Assembly (NCBI GenBank): GCA_031316155.1 | Contig: JALDRB010000003.1 | Span: 191,792 to 223,791 of the forward strand | Direction: 5' to 3' | DNA: 32,000 nt | Source of the DNA: Candidatus Scalindua sp. | Lineage (GTDB): Bacteria > Planctomycetota > Brocadiia > Brocadiales > Scalinduaceae | Shown: piece by piece, positions 1 to 8,712 of the stretch | How positions within the stretch are numbered: position 1 is the stretch's first letter | Layout of the letters: each line of letters opens with the position of its first letter | Translations under genes and position numbers: made by a program | The notes under the pieces: model-generated | Told to the model about the DNA's origin: nothing | The model's database searches: none | What the model saw: the letters and a program-made list of their open reading frames with translations, nothing else

Positions 1-84
1 GGTTCCTTGAAACCTTAACAGAAGTATGCGCAAGAACCGGTTGGATTGTTCATGCATATGTACTTTATCTAAGGAGCACGAAAA

Positions 85-1047
85 ATGAAATATTTCACCC
101 TGTTTATCGCGCTTTTGATGCAGTTATTGATATCCGGTTTATCGGTGAATGGTGGGGTGCTGCCTGGCATCAGTGGTATGGTGAGAATCTCAGAAGATAC
201 ATTTTTAATTATTCATGACCGAAAGAATACCCTAGAGCCGGGACCACGGCTCGATCTCCTTACTATTACCAGGGACGACGGGATATTCTGTAACCCTTTA
301 TCCGTTGATGACTGGCTTGACGAAGACCAGGAGCCGAATGATCTGGAAGCGTGCTGTTCTATCCCGGGCCGTCCTTATGAGTTTCTGCTTGCGGAAAGCG
401 GATGCTACAGAAACAAATTTGGACGTGTTTTTCACATTCGTCTCACGAAGAGCGAAGGATCTGTCTGGACAGTGGAGGTGATACAGGTGTTTCGTATTTA
501 CCACCAGAAATGTGATGATGAGGGTAACACATACGAAGGTGATCAGGTCGAGGGCATTGCATGTTTCCGGGCATATGGCAAAACTATCCTGGTATACGGT
601 GAGAGGGGCGGAAAAACAGAGAAGAGTACTAAACCAGGCAGAATCATCTGGGGTGAATTGAATTTAAACAAGGATGATCCATTTGTATTACTGGGCGATA
701 ATGTGTTGGCGGCGAGTAGCTTACTTGGCGCCAGAGATTGCAGTGATTTGTTTCTGAAACAGGGTCATGATTCGCACATTGTCTGGTCTGTTGCCGTTAT
801 CGATAATGGAGATAGAGGGCCATTCAAGTCTGTGATATATGAAGCCGGTTCATTTGTTCTGAGCAGTAAGGAAGGGAAAATTGAGTTTGTACTCAATCCG
901 GAACCGGACATCATTTGGCAACTTGACGGGTTGAAGGTTGAGGCTCTTGCAGCGCCTGCCGGCTCTGTAACCCAGAGTGTAATCAGCATTGGTACTGATG
1001 ACGAAGATTATGGTGGAATCTGGAGGCCTTTGTTTGAAAGAAATTAA
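85..1047 (+). CDS. hypothetical secreted protein (N-terminal signal-peptide-like segment)
   Basis: 320-aa ORF starting MKYFTLFIALLMQLLISGLS (charged start + hydrophobic stretch). No family recognised. Confidence 0.65.
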   Translation: MKYFTLFIALLMQLLISGLSVNGGVLPGISGMVRISEDTFLIIHDRKNTLEPGPRLDLLTITRDDGIFCNPLSVDDWLDEDQEPNDLEACCSIPGRPYEFLLAESGCYRNKFGRVFHIRLTKSEGSVWTVEVIQVFRIYHQKCDDEGNTYEGDQVEGIACFRAYGKTILVYGERGGKTEKSTKPGRIIWGELNLNKDDPFVLLGDNVLAASSLLGARDCSDLFLKQGHDSHIVWSVAVIDNGDRGPFKSVIYEAGSFVLSSKEGKIEFVLNPEPDIIWQLDGLKVEALAAPAGSVTQSVISIGTDDEDYGGIWRPLFERN

Positions 1048-1493
1048 ACTGATACTATCTGTTATGTGGCATAAAGACCACACCTTCGCAATGCTCTTCC
1101 CCCTCCTTATTCAACTCCTAAAATGAAAGACTTAAAAACAGATCGTAAATCATAATTCGTACCCGCCCGGCCAGATGGGTAAGCACCAAATAACAAATTC
1201 TCTGCCTGCCGTGTCCAGGTGCAGACAGGTAAATTATTATCCCTCTGTTTGTCTCTATCTCGGCCAGGTTGGGTCTTATATAAGTATATTGACATTGGGT
1301 ATCGTTCCGGTTAGCATAATTTTGCAAAGGAGCATAACTTGTTTTATACTATGTATATGCTTTGTAACAAACGGTAACATGAAATTATATCCTGCTTTGT
1401 CTATCCATAATTATTTTTAATGAGGAGATACAAATAGACCAGAAGAATGATGATATTCAATCGGATGCGGTTCCTTTAAAAGCATCGAAAAAT

Positions 1494-1805
1494 ATGAGAA
1501 TAGGTCTGGGAATTTATTTTGTGGTACTGGCTTTCATCTTAGTGTTCTTTCTCTTCGTTTTGTGGCCAACAAAAATACATGATAAAGAAGGACTATATAA
1601 ATTTGAGACCCTGGTGACACTTTTGGGCACTCATATAAAAAGTGAAACGAGACTGATTCTGATCGTTATCCTTGTTGGTGCACTGAGGAGTTACGTGCAC
1701 ACGGTTACCTCATTTGTGACATATATTGGAAATCGCAATCTGAGTAAAATGCGTCGTCCATCAGAGTTTGTTGTACAAGTTTATTGCCGGGAAAAACATT
1801 TATGA
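1494..1805 (+). CDS. small membrane protein, hypothetical; possibly C-terminally truncated
   Basis: 103-aa ORF with two hydrophobic segments (LGIYFVVLAFILVFFLFVLW and LILIVILVGALRSYV). The C-terminus becomes non-hydrophobic and ends abruptly. Confidence 0.4.
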   Translation: MRIGLGIYFVVLAFILVFFLFVLWPTKIHDKEGLYKFETLVTLLGTHIKSETRLILIVILVGALRSYVHTVTSFVTYIGNRNLSKMRRPSEFVVQVYCREKHL

Positions 1806-1829
1806 AATAGCAACTCCCCCTTTTGATGA

Positions 1830-2054
1830 AAGACCTGTACCCTGGATGATTTTCTCTCGTATACGGGAATCCGCGAACTGGTTGCTGATTCGCTGGCATT
1901 CGTATCAGTCAATGCGACTCTCGCCGAAGTGAAACAGAAAATGGATGAGACAAAAAATTGTCAGGATATTTTTGTAACGAAGAACGGGAAAAAAGACGAA
2001 CCTGTTGAGGGCTGGTTAACCAATATTGAGATCGCCAAACACGTCATGACCTGA
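1830..2054 (+). pseudogene. start-less open frame, possible gene remnant
   Basis: Stop-free frame not in the ORF track: ...TCTLDDFLSYTGIRELVADSLAFVSVNATLAEVKQKMDETKNCQDIFVTKNGKKDEPVEGWLTNIEIAKHVMT*. Protein-like composition, no upstream start; frame blocked by TGA at 1827. Confidence 0.3.
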
Positions 2055-2118
2055 AAGCTGAAATAGAGGTTTTCCACTATTATTTTTTTCCATGAAATAT
2101 GGTATACCATAACACAGG

Positions 2119-3171
2119 ATGAAACCCATGACTCAATCTCAGAGAAAAAACGTTTTTATTAGTTACAGTCATGCCGATGCGGAATGGCTGGTGAGATTGA
2201 ATGTGCATCTAGAATCTCTGGAGTGGGAAGGGGTAATAGATCTCTGGTCAGATGAAAAGATCCATGCCGGTTCAGACTGGAAAAAAGAGATTAGAAAGGC
2301 GCTCAAAGCGGCAAAGGTTGCCGTGTTGCTTGTCTGTGCAGATTTTCTTGCGTCAGAGTTTATTTTTAACGATGAACTACCGCCACTTTTGGCTGCTGCA
2401 GAGAAAGAAGATGCGCATATCCTGCCGGTGATCGTCAGTCGCTCCTCGTTCGAGGAAAATGAGAGCCTCTCCAGATATCAGGCGGTGAATCCGCCGAACA
2501 AACCATTGTTGAGTATGAGCCCGGAAGAGGTGGAAGATCTGTTTTGTAATTTGTACAAGTCAATAGTGCAGATACTGAGAGCACAGGAAGTAAATAGTAG
2601 ACAGAAAACCAGCAGTGAAGAAATTGAAATGACACGATCAGAAGAGCCAGTAAGCGAAATAGCGATCCCTGAAATAGAGTTGCGTACTCAGCCAATAAAT
2701 GATTTCAGTGAGGATGAAGTCGAAATTATGATAAAAGAGAAAGGGTATTTTGATTCTGAAATCAATCCATCAGGTACAGGGATTGCCCATAATTATCAAA
2801 TCCGGGCGGATGGCAAAATCATATATGACCATGCAACCGGTCTCATGTGGCAACAGTCAGGTTCTGATGATAAGATGCCCTATGTAGATACAAAGTCTTA
2901 CATAAAGGCTTTAAATAGCCTGAGTTTTGCCGGATACAGAGGCTGGCGATTGCCCACCATGGAGGAATCCATGTCTCTGCTGGAACCAAAGAAAAATAGA
3001 GATATGCTGTATATTGATCGCGTATTTGATAAGAAACAAGAATGGATCTGGACCTCTGATCTGGACATCACATTGAGAGGCTGGGTTGTCGATTTCTACG
3101 CCGGTGGTTGCATCGACGGCGGTTTCGTCATCCTCAGCAACTCCTTCGTCTATGTGAGAGCGGTTCGTTGA
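2119..3171 (+). CDS. TIR domain protein with C-terminal DUF1566 (Lcl-type, C-type-lectin-like) domain
   Basis: N-term KNVFISYSHADAEWLVRLNVHLESLEWEGVIDLWSDEKIHAGSDWKKEIRKAL is TIR-like. C-term DHATGLMWQQSG...GWRLPTMEESMSL...WIWTSD...YVRAVR is DUF1566-like. Confidence 0.85.
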   Translation: MKPMTQSQRKNVFISYSHADAEWLVRLNVHLESLEWEGVIDLWSDEKIHAGSDWKKEIRKALKAAKVAVLLVCADFLASEFIFNDELPPLLAAAEKEDAHILPVIVSRSSFEENESLSRYQAVNPPNKPLLSMSPEEVEDLFCNLYKSIVQILRAQEVNSRQKTSSEEIEMTRSEEPVSEIAIPEIELRTQPINDFSEDEVEIMIKEKGYFDSEINPSGTGIAHNYQIRADGKIIYDHATGLMWQQSGSDDKMPYVDTKSYIKALNSLSFAGYRGWRLPTMEESMSLLEPKKNRDMLYIDRVFDKKQEWIWTSDLDITLRGWVVDFYAGGCIDGGFVILSNSFVYVRAVR

Positions 3172-3290
3172 GAATAATCATCGATTATTTGATGATTTGA
3201 ACCATTTGATACTTTATTGTAAGAAATCATAAGACGGTCTGGACTGACTGAAAATAAGACAACTCTATGCAACACGATTGACAAAGAATA

Positions 3291-3387
3291 ACAACCCCCT
3301 TGATCCCCCTTTACTAAGGGGGACTTTTCTGTCCCCCGCAGTGCGGGGTGGTGCATCCCCCTTAATAAAGGGGGATCAAGGGAATTG
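3291..3387. repeat. palindromic CCCCCT element pair (copies a/b)
   Basis: Perfect 16-bp inverted arms CCCTTGATCCCCCTTT (3297-3312) and AAAGGGGGATCAAGGG (3367-3382), with inner CCCCCTTTACTAAGGGGG and CCCCCTTAATAAAGGGGG hairpins. Confidence 0.85.
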
Positions 3388-3444
3388 TAAATCATTATTT
3401 ACAAGGTTTTACAGGCGATTAGAAAACGTTAACAAGAGGGCAAC

Positions 3445-3556
3445 CAGGAAGTTGTAACAATAGCAAAATAAAAATATACTATCATCAGAAATTCAAAACC
3501 CTGTCCGGAGAACGGAGAAACAAGGGTATCTTAACAGAAGTCCTTTTTTGTCACAC
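3445..3556 (+). pseudogene. remnant of the 5' end of a DUF559 endonuclease gene and its leader
   Basis: agttgtaacaatagcaaaataaaaatatactatcatcagaaattcaaaaccctgtccggagaacggagaaacaagggtatcttaacagaagtcc aligns by eye with 8160-8255 (leader and first ~25 codons of the intact DUF559 gene). Confidence 0.7.
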
Positions 3557-3594
3557 TGTTTTATAAAACCTTTGAACGAAGGAGGGAATAGGGT

Positions 3595-4092
3595 ATGGCA
3601 TTTAATGCATTTTTACAGATCGATGGGATAGAGGGTGAATGTACTGATGACAAACATAAAAACTGGATAGAGGTACTTTCTTATAGTACGGGATTATCAC
3701 AAACAGCATCCGGATCGGCAGGTACTGCCGGTGGGGCTGTATCTCAACGTGCAGATTTCAAGGATTTTACCATTGTCAAGACGCTGGATAATGCCTCACC
3801 ATTGATAGCGCTGGCCTGTGCTGATGGTACTCGTATCAGTTCTGTCATTCTTGAACTATGCCGGACAGGAGGAGACAAGATTAAATACATGGAATACAGA
3901 TTGAGCAACTGTATCGTCAGTTCTGTCAGACCGGGGGGAGATTCCAGAGGGGCTGAGATGTTGCCTCTCGAAGAGGTGTCGTTTAATTATGGCAAGATTG
4001 AGTGGTTGTACACCCAGCAAAGACGCGCGGATGGTTCTGGTGGAGGACATGTAGCTGCCGGCTGGGATCTGGAAAAAAATCGGAGAGTATAA
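3595..4092 (+). CDS. Hcp-like tube protein (type VI secretion Hcp superfamily)
   Basis: MAFNAFLQIDGIEGECTDDKHKNWIEVLSYSTGLSQ is the characteristic Hcp N-terminus; C-term EEVSFNYGKIEWLYTQQ...GHVAAGWDLEKNR. Preceded by GAAGGAGG. Confidence 0.85.
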   Translation: MAFNAFLQIDGIEGECTDDKHKNWIEVLSYSTGLSQTASGSAGTAGGAVSQRADFKDFTIVKTLDNASPLIALACADGTRISSVILELCRTGGDKIKYMEYRLSNCIVSSVRPGGDSRGAEMLPLEEVSFNYGKIEWLYTQQRRADGSGGGHVAAGWDLEKNRRV

Positions 4093-4115
4093 CGTGTAAT
4101 TTATGGGAAAGAAAA

Positions 4116-4616
4116 ATGGCTGGTATACGCTTTGAAGAGACAATGGACGGATTCCTTGGTGAAAACATCAGGAACTTCAGCGACGGGGAAGATTACGGCA
4201 TAAGGCACAACAATCCGGTTAAATTTGATGTTCGAATAACTATAGATTCTGTCGATGACTTCATTCAGGTTTCTTCCCACGAAGCCAAACTTACCGGGAA
4301 GTTTTACTGTACGTCCATAGGAGGCGACAAAGGAATGACGATGAGAGGGGGCAGGTTTAACCTCTTTGATGTTAACCCGGAGAGTGGTCACAGGAACATG
4401 CGGTACCGATTTACCTTTACTGCTCCTGATGGAAAGGAGTATTATTTTGCAGGGTTTAAAGACATTTTTAATGACAAGGTGTTTGACATTATTGATGATC
4501 TGACGACCCTGTTTGTCAGGATCTACGAGGGAAAAGACGAGTTGGGTGAGTTGTATGGAAGTGGCGTCATGTATTTCAGGGTCAGAGACATGGCCTCCAT
4601 TATGCAAATGATATAG
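4116..4616 (+). CDS. domain resembling the auxiliary region of large GMC/cholesterol-oxidase-like proteins; 5' part of a split frame
   Basis: MAGIRFEETMDGFL...DYGIRHNNPVKFDVRITIDSVDDFI...HEAKLTGK...GGRFNLFDVN...MRYRFTFTAPDGKEYYFAGFK. The track start (4002) overlaps the Hcp gene; ATG 4116 is the better start. Ends at TAG 4614-4616. Confidence 0.6.
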   Translation: MAGIRFEETMDGFLGENIRNFSDGEDYGIRHNNPVKFDVRITIDSVDDFIQVSSHEAKLTGKFYCTSIGGDKGMTMRGGRFNLFDVNPESGHRNMRYRFTFTAPDGKEYYFAGFKDIFNDKVFDIIDDLTTLFVRIYEGKDELGELYGSGVMYFRVRDMASIMQMI

Positions 4617-4688
4617 ACGAGTGAGGTCACAGGGACAGATAACCCCTTTGAAAAGTATGCGACCCTTGCCAAATACGCGGGTTTCTTT

Positions 4689-6893
4689 ATGGCAGAAACC
4701 CTGAAGACGTTTGCCCCCGGACCGAGGTTCATCTATACAACACGATATGAAAATCTGGTCCTTTCCGGAAATCTCAAGAAGGGAGGAGAGGATACAACAC
4801 GGGGGTTTTTCTTTTTCTCGGGTAAGCATGACAAGGGCTTTCCCTGGGGAGACGAGGAGACCATGAGTGATGTTGCCCTTTTTATATCAAATGGACAGGA
4901 AGAGCCTCTCCGCTTCGGTATAACCAGGCAGTCATTAAAGGGTTTATCGGTCGAACTGGAGGGCAACCGCTACCGGTACAAAGGGGAACTCTATCGGATT
5001 CGGAACGGCCACTCCGTTTCCTTCTCCGAAATAAGCAATTACCGGGAAGGTGGTAATCTCGAGAAGGTTCAGGTTGAGATTGCCCTTACCCTGAAGGCCC
5101 AAAAATACGACACCAAGGTAGACATGTCCTTTCAACCTGTAGAACAACTCACCGGATTAATTCCGGACAGTTTCGAAAAGGAGGTACGAAAATACCTGAC
5201 CTTCTTTCCGCTCCTCGGATATTTTACCATTCCCTTCAGGGTGAAGGTAAAAAGCGGAACTATCAGTATTACCGATACCCGGAGAACGACTACGTATTCT
5301 ATTGATACAAAAAGCACCTTCGGTGAGGGAGAGCTGGGTGAAATCAATAATCTCAGGGAGCCGACTCTTTTTTATAACTACCTCTGCGGAATAGACCCCT
5401 CCGGACAGACCCTTTTCCTGAAGATGAGCTCGGGAACCCTGAGAAATGAAAGAGAGTGGTACTTCAAGGATTTGATTGATAAGGCACTGGGAAAGGTGAT
5501 CAGGAGAAATGTAAAGAAAAACCTCGTCCTCAAGGATGCTATAGCTGAAAACCCGGCAGTGCCCACGGTAGTAAATGATACAATGCTGACCCTGGTGAAT
5601 GATCATTACCCCTCCGGAGTGCTCCTGAGGAGGATTGTTTTGATTGAGAATAACGGAGAAACCTTTTATGGCCTGGAAGAGTATATTGATGCGATAAACA
5701 CTGCCCCCATAAACTCAGATAAAGAAGCCATCGTAGCAGTTTCCACCTACAAAGATGCAGATGCATGGGATGGGAAGGCCGCAAGCGAGGAAGAAGTTCT
5801 GGGTGTTTACCAGAGTCCGGAGAAATTTGAAATCCTGAACAAGGTAATGGAAGGATCCGGCTTTTTCGAGGTGCTGGAGAAGACCTTTACCCTTTCCGGG
5901 AAAAGCAGGGAAGAGTTCTCGATCATCATTAAACCCAATTTCATGTTCTTCTATTCCCTTAAGGACAAGTCCACTTTTACTGATCCTTCTCTCGTTGAAC
6001 ATCTGGTAGAGAGGATATACGAAAAGGGTTTCAGGAACATCAGGATAGCCGAGGCCAGAAGCACACTCAGCACCTTTTTCAGCAATCGTGATGTTGCGTC
6101 TGTGGCGCGACATATCGGCTACCGGGAAGGAGGGAAATACCGAATTACCGATCTCTCAGAAAATTGTGAAGAGTGGGATTACGGCGGCAAACTCGGTAAA
6201 CACTTTGTGAACAGGGAATGGAAATCGGCCGATTTCCGGATCTCTTTTGCCAAAAATAAAACTCACAACTATGCCTACTATACCCTTACCCTCAAGAACA
6301 TCTACGGTGCGTTACCCATGGAGTTTAAATACAAGGTGTATCACTGCGATATGGGAGATATCTACGAACCCACCATCGATTATATCAGGGCATTTCCTGT
6401 CCATTTCGGTTTCATCGACGCCGTGATCAGCGCCGACGGACCTTTCGGTATCTTTGCAGACCCCTATCCACAACTTACGCAGACCATCATTGCGGGTAAA
6501 GATATCGTGGCCGTCGACTGGGTAGGCGCTGCCAAGATGGGTTTGGATCCGCTGCTCTCCCGTTACCTGCAGGAAGCAATAAAGGCCTTCGGAAAACCGC
6601 GGATACGGGTAATGGGGGACGACCGGCTCTATAAATTCTGGGCCAATACCCCGAGAATCGGCAGCTTTGGTGCTCACATGCTCGATAGACATTACACCTT
6701 CGGGTATCCTCTCTACTATATCATGAGTGAAATGGATCCCGCTTTCCCTCCCAGGCCAACAGAGTCAGCTCTCATGAACGAGCTCAGGCCTTTATTTGCC
6801 AGTGCGAGGGAAATCTTTTATAAAAATCCCAACCATCCGCCATCCTGGCTTCACGAAGTGATAAACAAGATTGTATTCAGGTTGTGGCAGTAA
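4689..6893 (+). CDS. DUF362-domain protein, continuing in the same frame as 4116-4616
   Basis: 734-aa ORF. Its C-terminal half (IIIKPNFMFFYS...VEHLVERIYEKGFRNIRIAEAR...FIDAVISADGPFGIFADPYPQLTQTIIAGKDIVAVDWVGAAKMG) is DUF362-like. N-terminal half hypothetical. The frame is open back to the TAG at 4614. Confidence 0.75.
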   Translation: MAETLKTFAPGPRFIYTTRYENLVLSGNLKKGGEDTTRGFFFFSGKHDKGFPWGDEETMSDVALFISNGQEEPLRFGITRQSLKGLSVELEGNRYRYKGELYRIRNGHSVSFSEISNYREGGNLEKVQVEIALTLKAQKYDTKVDMSFQPVEQLTGLIPDSFEKEVRKYLTFFPLLGYFTIPFRVKVKSGTISITDTRRTTTYSIDTKSTFGEGELGEINNLREPTLFYNYLCGIDPSGQTLFLKMSSGTLRNEREWYFKDLIDKALGKVIRRNVKKNLVLKDAIAENPAVPTVVNDTMLTLVNDHYPSGVLLRRIVLIENNGETFYGLEEYIDAINTAPINSDKEAIVAVSTYKDADAWDGKAASEEEVLGVYQSPEKFEILNKVMEGSGFFEVLEKTFTLSGKSREEFSIIIKPNFMFFYSLKDKSTFTDPSLVEHLVERIYEKGFRNIRIAEARSTLSTFFSNRDVASVARHIGYREGGKYRITDLSENCEEWDYGGKLGKHFVNREWKSADFRISFAKNKTHNYAYYTLTLKNIYGALPMEFKYKVYHCDMGDIYEPTIDYIRAFPVHFGFIDAVISADGPFGIFADPYPQLTQTIIAGKDIVAVDWVGAAKMGLDPLLSRYLQEAIKAFGKPRIRVMGDDRLYKFWANTPRIGSFGAHMLDRHYTFGYPLYYIMSEMDPAFPPRPTESALMNELRPLFASAREIFYKNPNHPPSWLHEVINKIVFRLWQ

Positions 6894-6897
6894 AAAT

Positions 6898-7910
6898 ATG
6901 AGCGATATCTTCATCAGCTATACCAGTTCTGACAGAGAGTAAGCAAAAATAGTGGCAGAATGCTTGAGCAGCAGGGTTGGTCTGTCTGGTGGGACAGGAA
7001 AATTCCACCGGGGAGATCGTTTGATGAGGTTATTGAAGAGGCACTGGTTGGAGCCAGATGCGTCATCGTTCTCTGGTCGAAAGAATCCGTGAAATCAGAC
7101 TGGGTGAAGGAGGAAGCTTCCGAGGGCGCCAGGCGAAAAATACTGGTGCCGGTTCTGATTGAGGATGTTGGAATTCCACTTGGTTTCAGGCGAATTCAGG
7201 CAGCTCAGCTCATCGACTGGCAGGGAGATGTGGCGGATCCGAATGCCGGTCAATTCATTGACTCCATCTCAGCATTTATCGGCTATCCTCAAGGTGAAAA
7301 ACCAGAGTCAGATTCAAAACCAGCGGTGGGTAAACAGGAAGAGAGAAAGCCCTGGCAAAGAGGAGCGAAAGAAGAAAGTTACTCTCCTAGAACGAAAAGA
7401 CCATTACGCTCCCAACCGAGAGAGGATTTAACGGAAGATAAAGCACAAATCATGGTGAAGAAGAAAGGTTATTTTGACACTAAGGTAAATACATCCGGTG
7501 CCGGTATTACTCATGAGTACGAAATCCGAGTGGATGGTATGGTCGTCCATGACCATGCAACTGGCCTTATGTGGCAGCAGTCAGGATCTGAAAAAGCTAT
7601 GAGCTATAAAAAAGCCAAGGCTTATATAGAGGCTTTGAATCGTCAACAATTTGCCGGATTTAATGACTGGCGGTTGCCCACCATCGAGGAGGCGATCTCG
7701 CTCAGGGAACCGGGAAAAAAGAGTGGCGATCTGTATATTGATCCTGTTTTTGACCAGAAGCAAATATGCATCTGGACATCTGATAGGAAAACTTTTTTTT
7801 GAAGGGGAGGTGAGTTCCGGGGAGGGGCTATGGAGACGGCGGTGGTATTAGCTACAACATTATTCAGCCCCACCTTCCTCATCAACGCCTCTGTGCGCGC
7901 GGTTCGTTGA
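6898..7910 (+). pseudogene. disrupted TIR-DUF1566 gene, paralogue of 2119-3171
   Basis: ATG 6898 reads MSDIFISYTSSDRE* (TAA 6940), then AKIVAE in the same frame and LEQQGWSVWWDRKIPPGRSFDEV in another (ORF 6960-7802). The DUF1566 part ends prematurely at an 8-T run. The VRAVR* terminus is still present at 7893-7910 in another frame. Confidence 0.8.
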
Positions 7911-8033
7911 GGACAATCATCGATTATTTGGTTCTTTGAATCATTTGATTCTTTTATCCAAGTAATCATAAAAGATAAGCCTGGCATGATCAGTGGAGAG
8001 AAAATGAGGAGCATGCTATTCGAGGAAGGTTGA

Positions 8034-8098
8034 CAACCCCCTTCACCCCCTTTGCTCAGGGGTACTTTCACAAATCCCCCTTAATAAAGGGGGGTTGT
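8034..8098. repeat. palindromic CCCCCT element pair (copies c/d)
   Basis: acaacccccttcacccccttt...caggggtac and aatcccccttaataaaggggggttgt in inverted orientation. Confidence 0.75.
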
Positions 8099-8178
8099 AT
8101 ATAATTATTCACAAGATTTTGCAGAGGATGGGAAAACGGTAACAAAGGGGAAAACCAGGTGGTGGTAACAAGAGCGAA

Positions 8179-8550
8179 ATGAAGATTTATTATAACCCAA
8201 AATTAAAAGCCCTGTCCAGAGAACTCCGAAAAAGGGGCACGTTAGCAGAGGTTCTTCTCTGGAATGAATTGAAAGCCAGAAAAATAAAAGGGTATCAGTT
8301 CATGAGGCAGAAGCCAATTGGCGATTATATTGTTGATTTTTTCTGTAATAAGCTCAAACTGGTAATCGAGATAGATGGCTTCAGCCATAATGAGAAGTCT
8401 GAAAGCGATCGGATAAGACAACAGAGACTGGAGTCGATGGGTTTATCAGTTGTGAGATTTTGTGAACGGGACGTCAGAAGAGATATCCATGCGGTAGTCC
8501 AGGCAATTATCCACTGGATTGAAAAATTCGAAAAAAACACAACCCCCTGA
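8179..8550 (+). CDS. DUF559 domain endonuclease (Vsr-like/restriction-endonuclease-fold family)
   Basis: KIYYNPKLKALSRELRKRGTLAEVLLWNELKARKIKGYQFMRQKPIGDYIVDFFCNKLKLVIEIDGFSH...GLSVVRFCERDV. Typical DUF559 motifs, full length. Confidence 0.93.
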   Translation: MKIYYNPKLKALSRELRKRGTLAEVLLWNELKARKIKGYQFMRQKPIGDYIVDFFCNKLKLVIEIDGFSHNEKSESDRIRQQRLESMGLSVVRFCERDVRRDIHAVVQAIIHWIEKFEKNTTP

Positions 8551-8573
8551 ATCCCCCTTTCTTAAGGGGGACT
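8540..8573 (+). repeat. CCCCCT element, copy e
   Basis: acaaccccctgaatccccctttcttaagggg. The DUF559 stop codon (TGA 8548-8550) lies inside it. Confidence 0.8.
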
Positions 8574-8647
8574 ATCTTGATGCATAGGATTTTCAATGTT
8601 ACTAAAATTAATTGTCGGCGAGTAAGAAATCCGTCCGAATGGCCGTT

Positions 8648-8712
8648 AGGCCGGGTGGATAAGCACCAAATAATAAATTTTCAAATAACAAACAAATCAC
8701 AATAAACAAATA
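8648..8712 (+). repeat. AT-rich repeat, forward copy
   Basis: ggccgggtggataagcaccaaataataaattttcaaataacaaacaaatcacaataaacaaatac. A related start occurs at ~1168-1202 (cccggccagatgggtaagcaccaaataacaaattc). Confidence 0.55.

Noticed and set aside
5157-6692. Minus-strand ORFs at 5157-5606, 5715-6113 and 6312-6692
   Set aside because: All antisense to the 734-aa DUF362-containing frame; compositions unlike real proteins.
3595-6893. Full type VI secretion or contractile injection locus
   Set aside because: Only an Hcp-like gene is present; no sheath, baseplate, spike or ATPase genes in the window.
2119-7910. Diversity-generating retroelement targeting the DUF1566 C-terminus
   Set aside because: DUF1566/C-type-lectin-like ends can be DGR targets, but no reverse transcriptase gene or adenine-biased template repeat is visible in this window. 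Kept only as a test in the finding on the second TIR gene.
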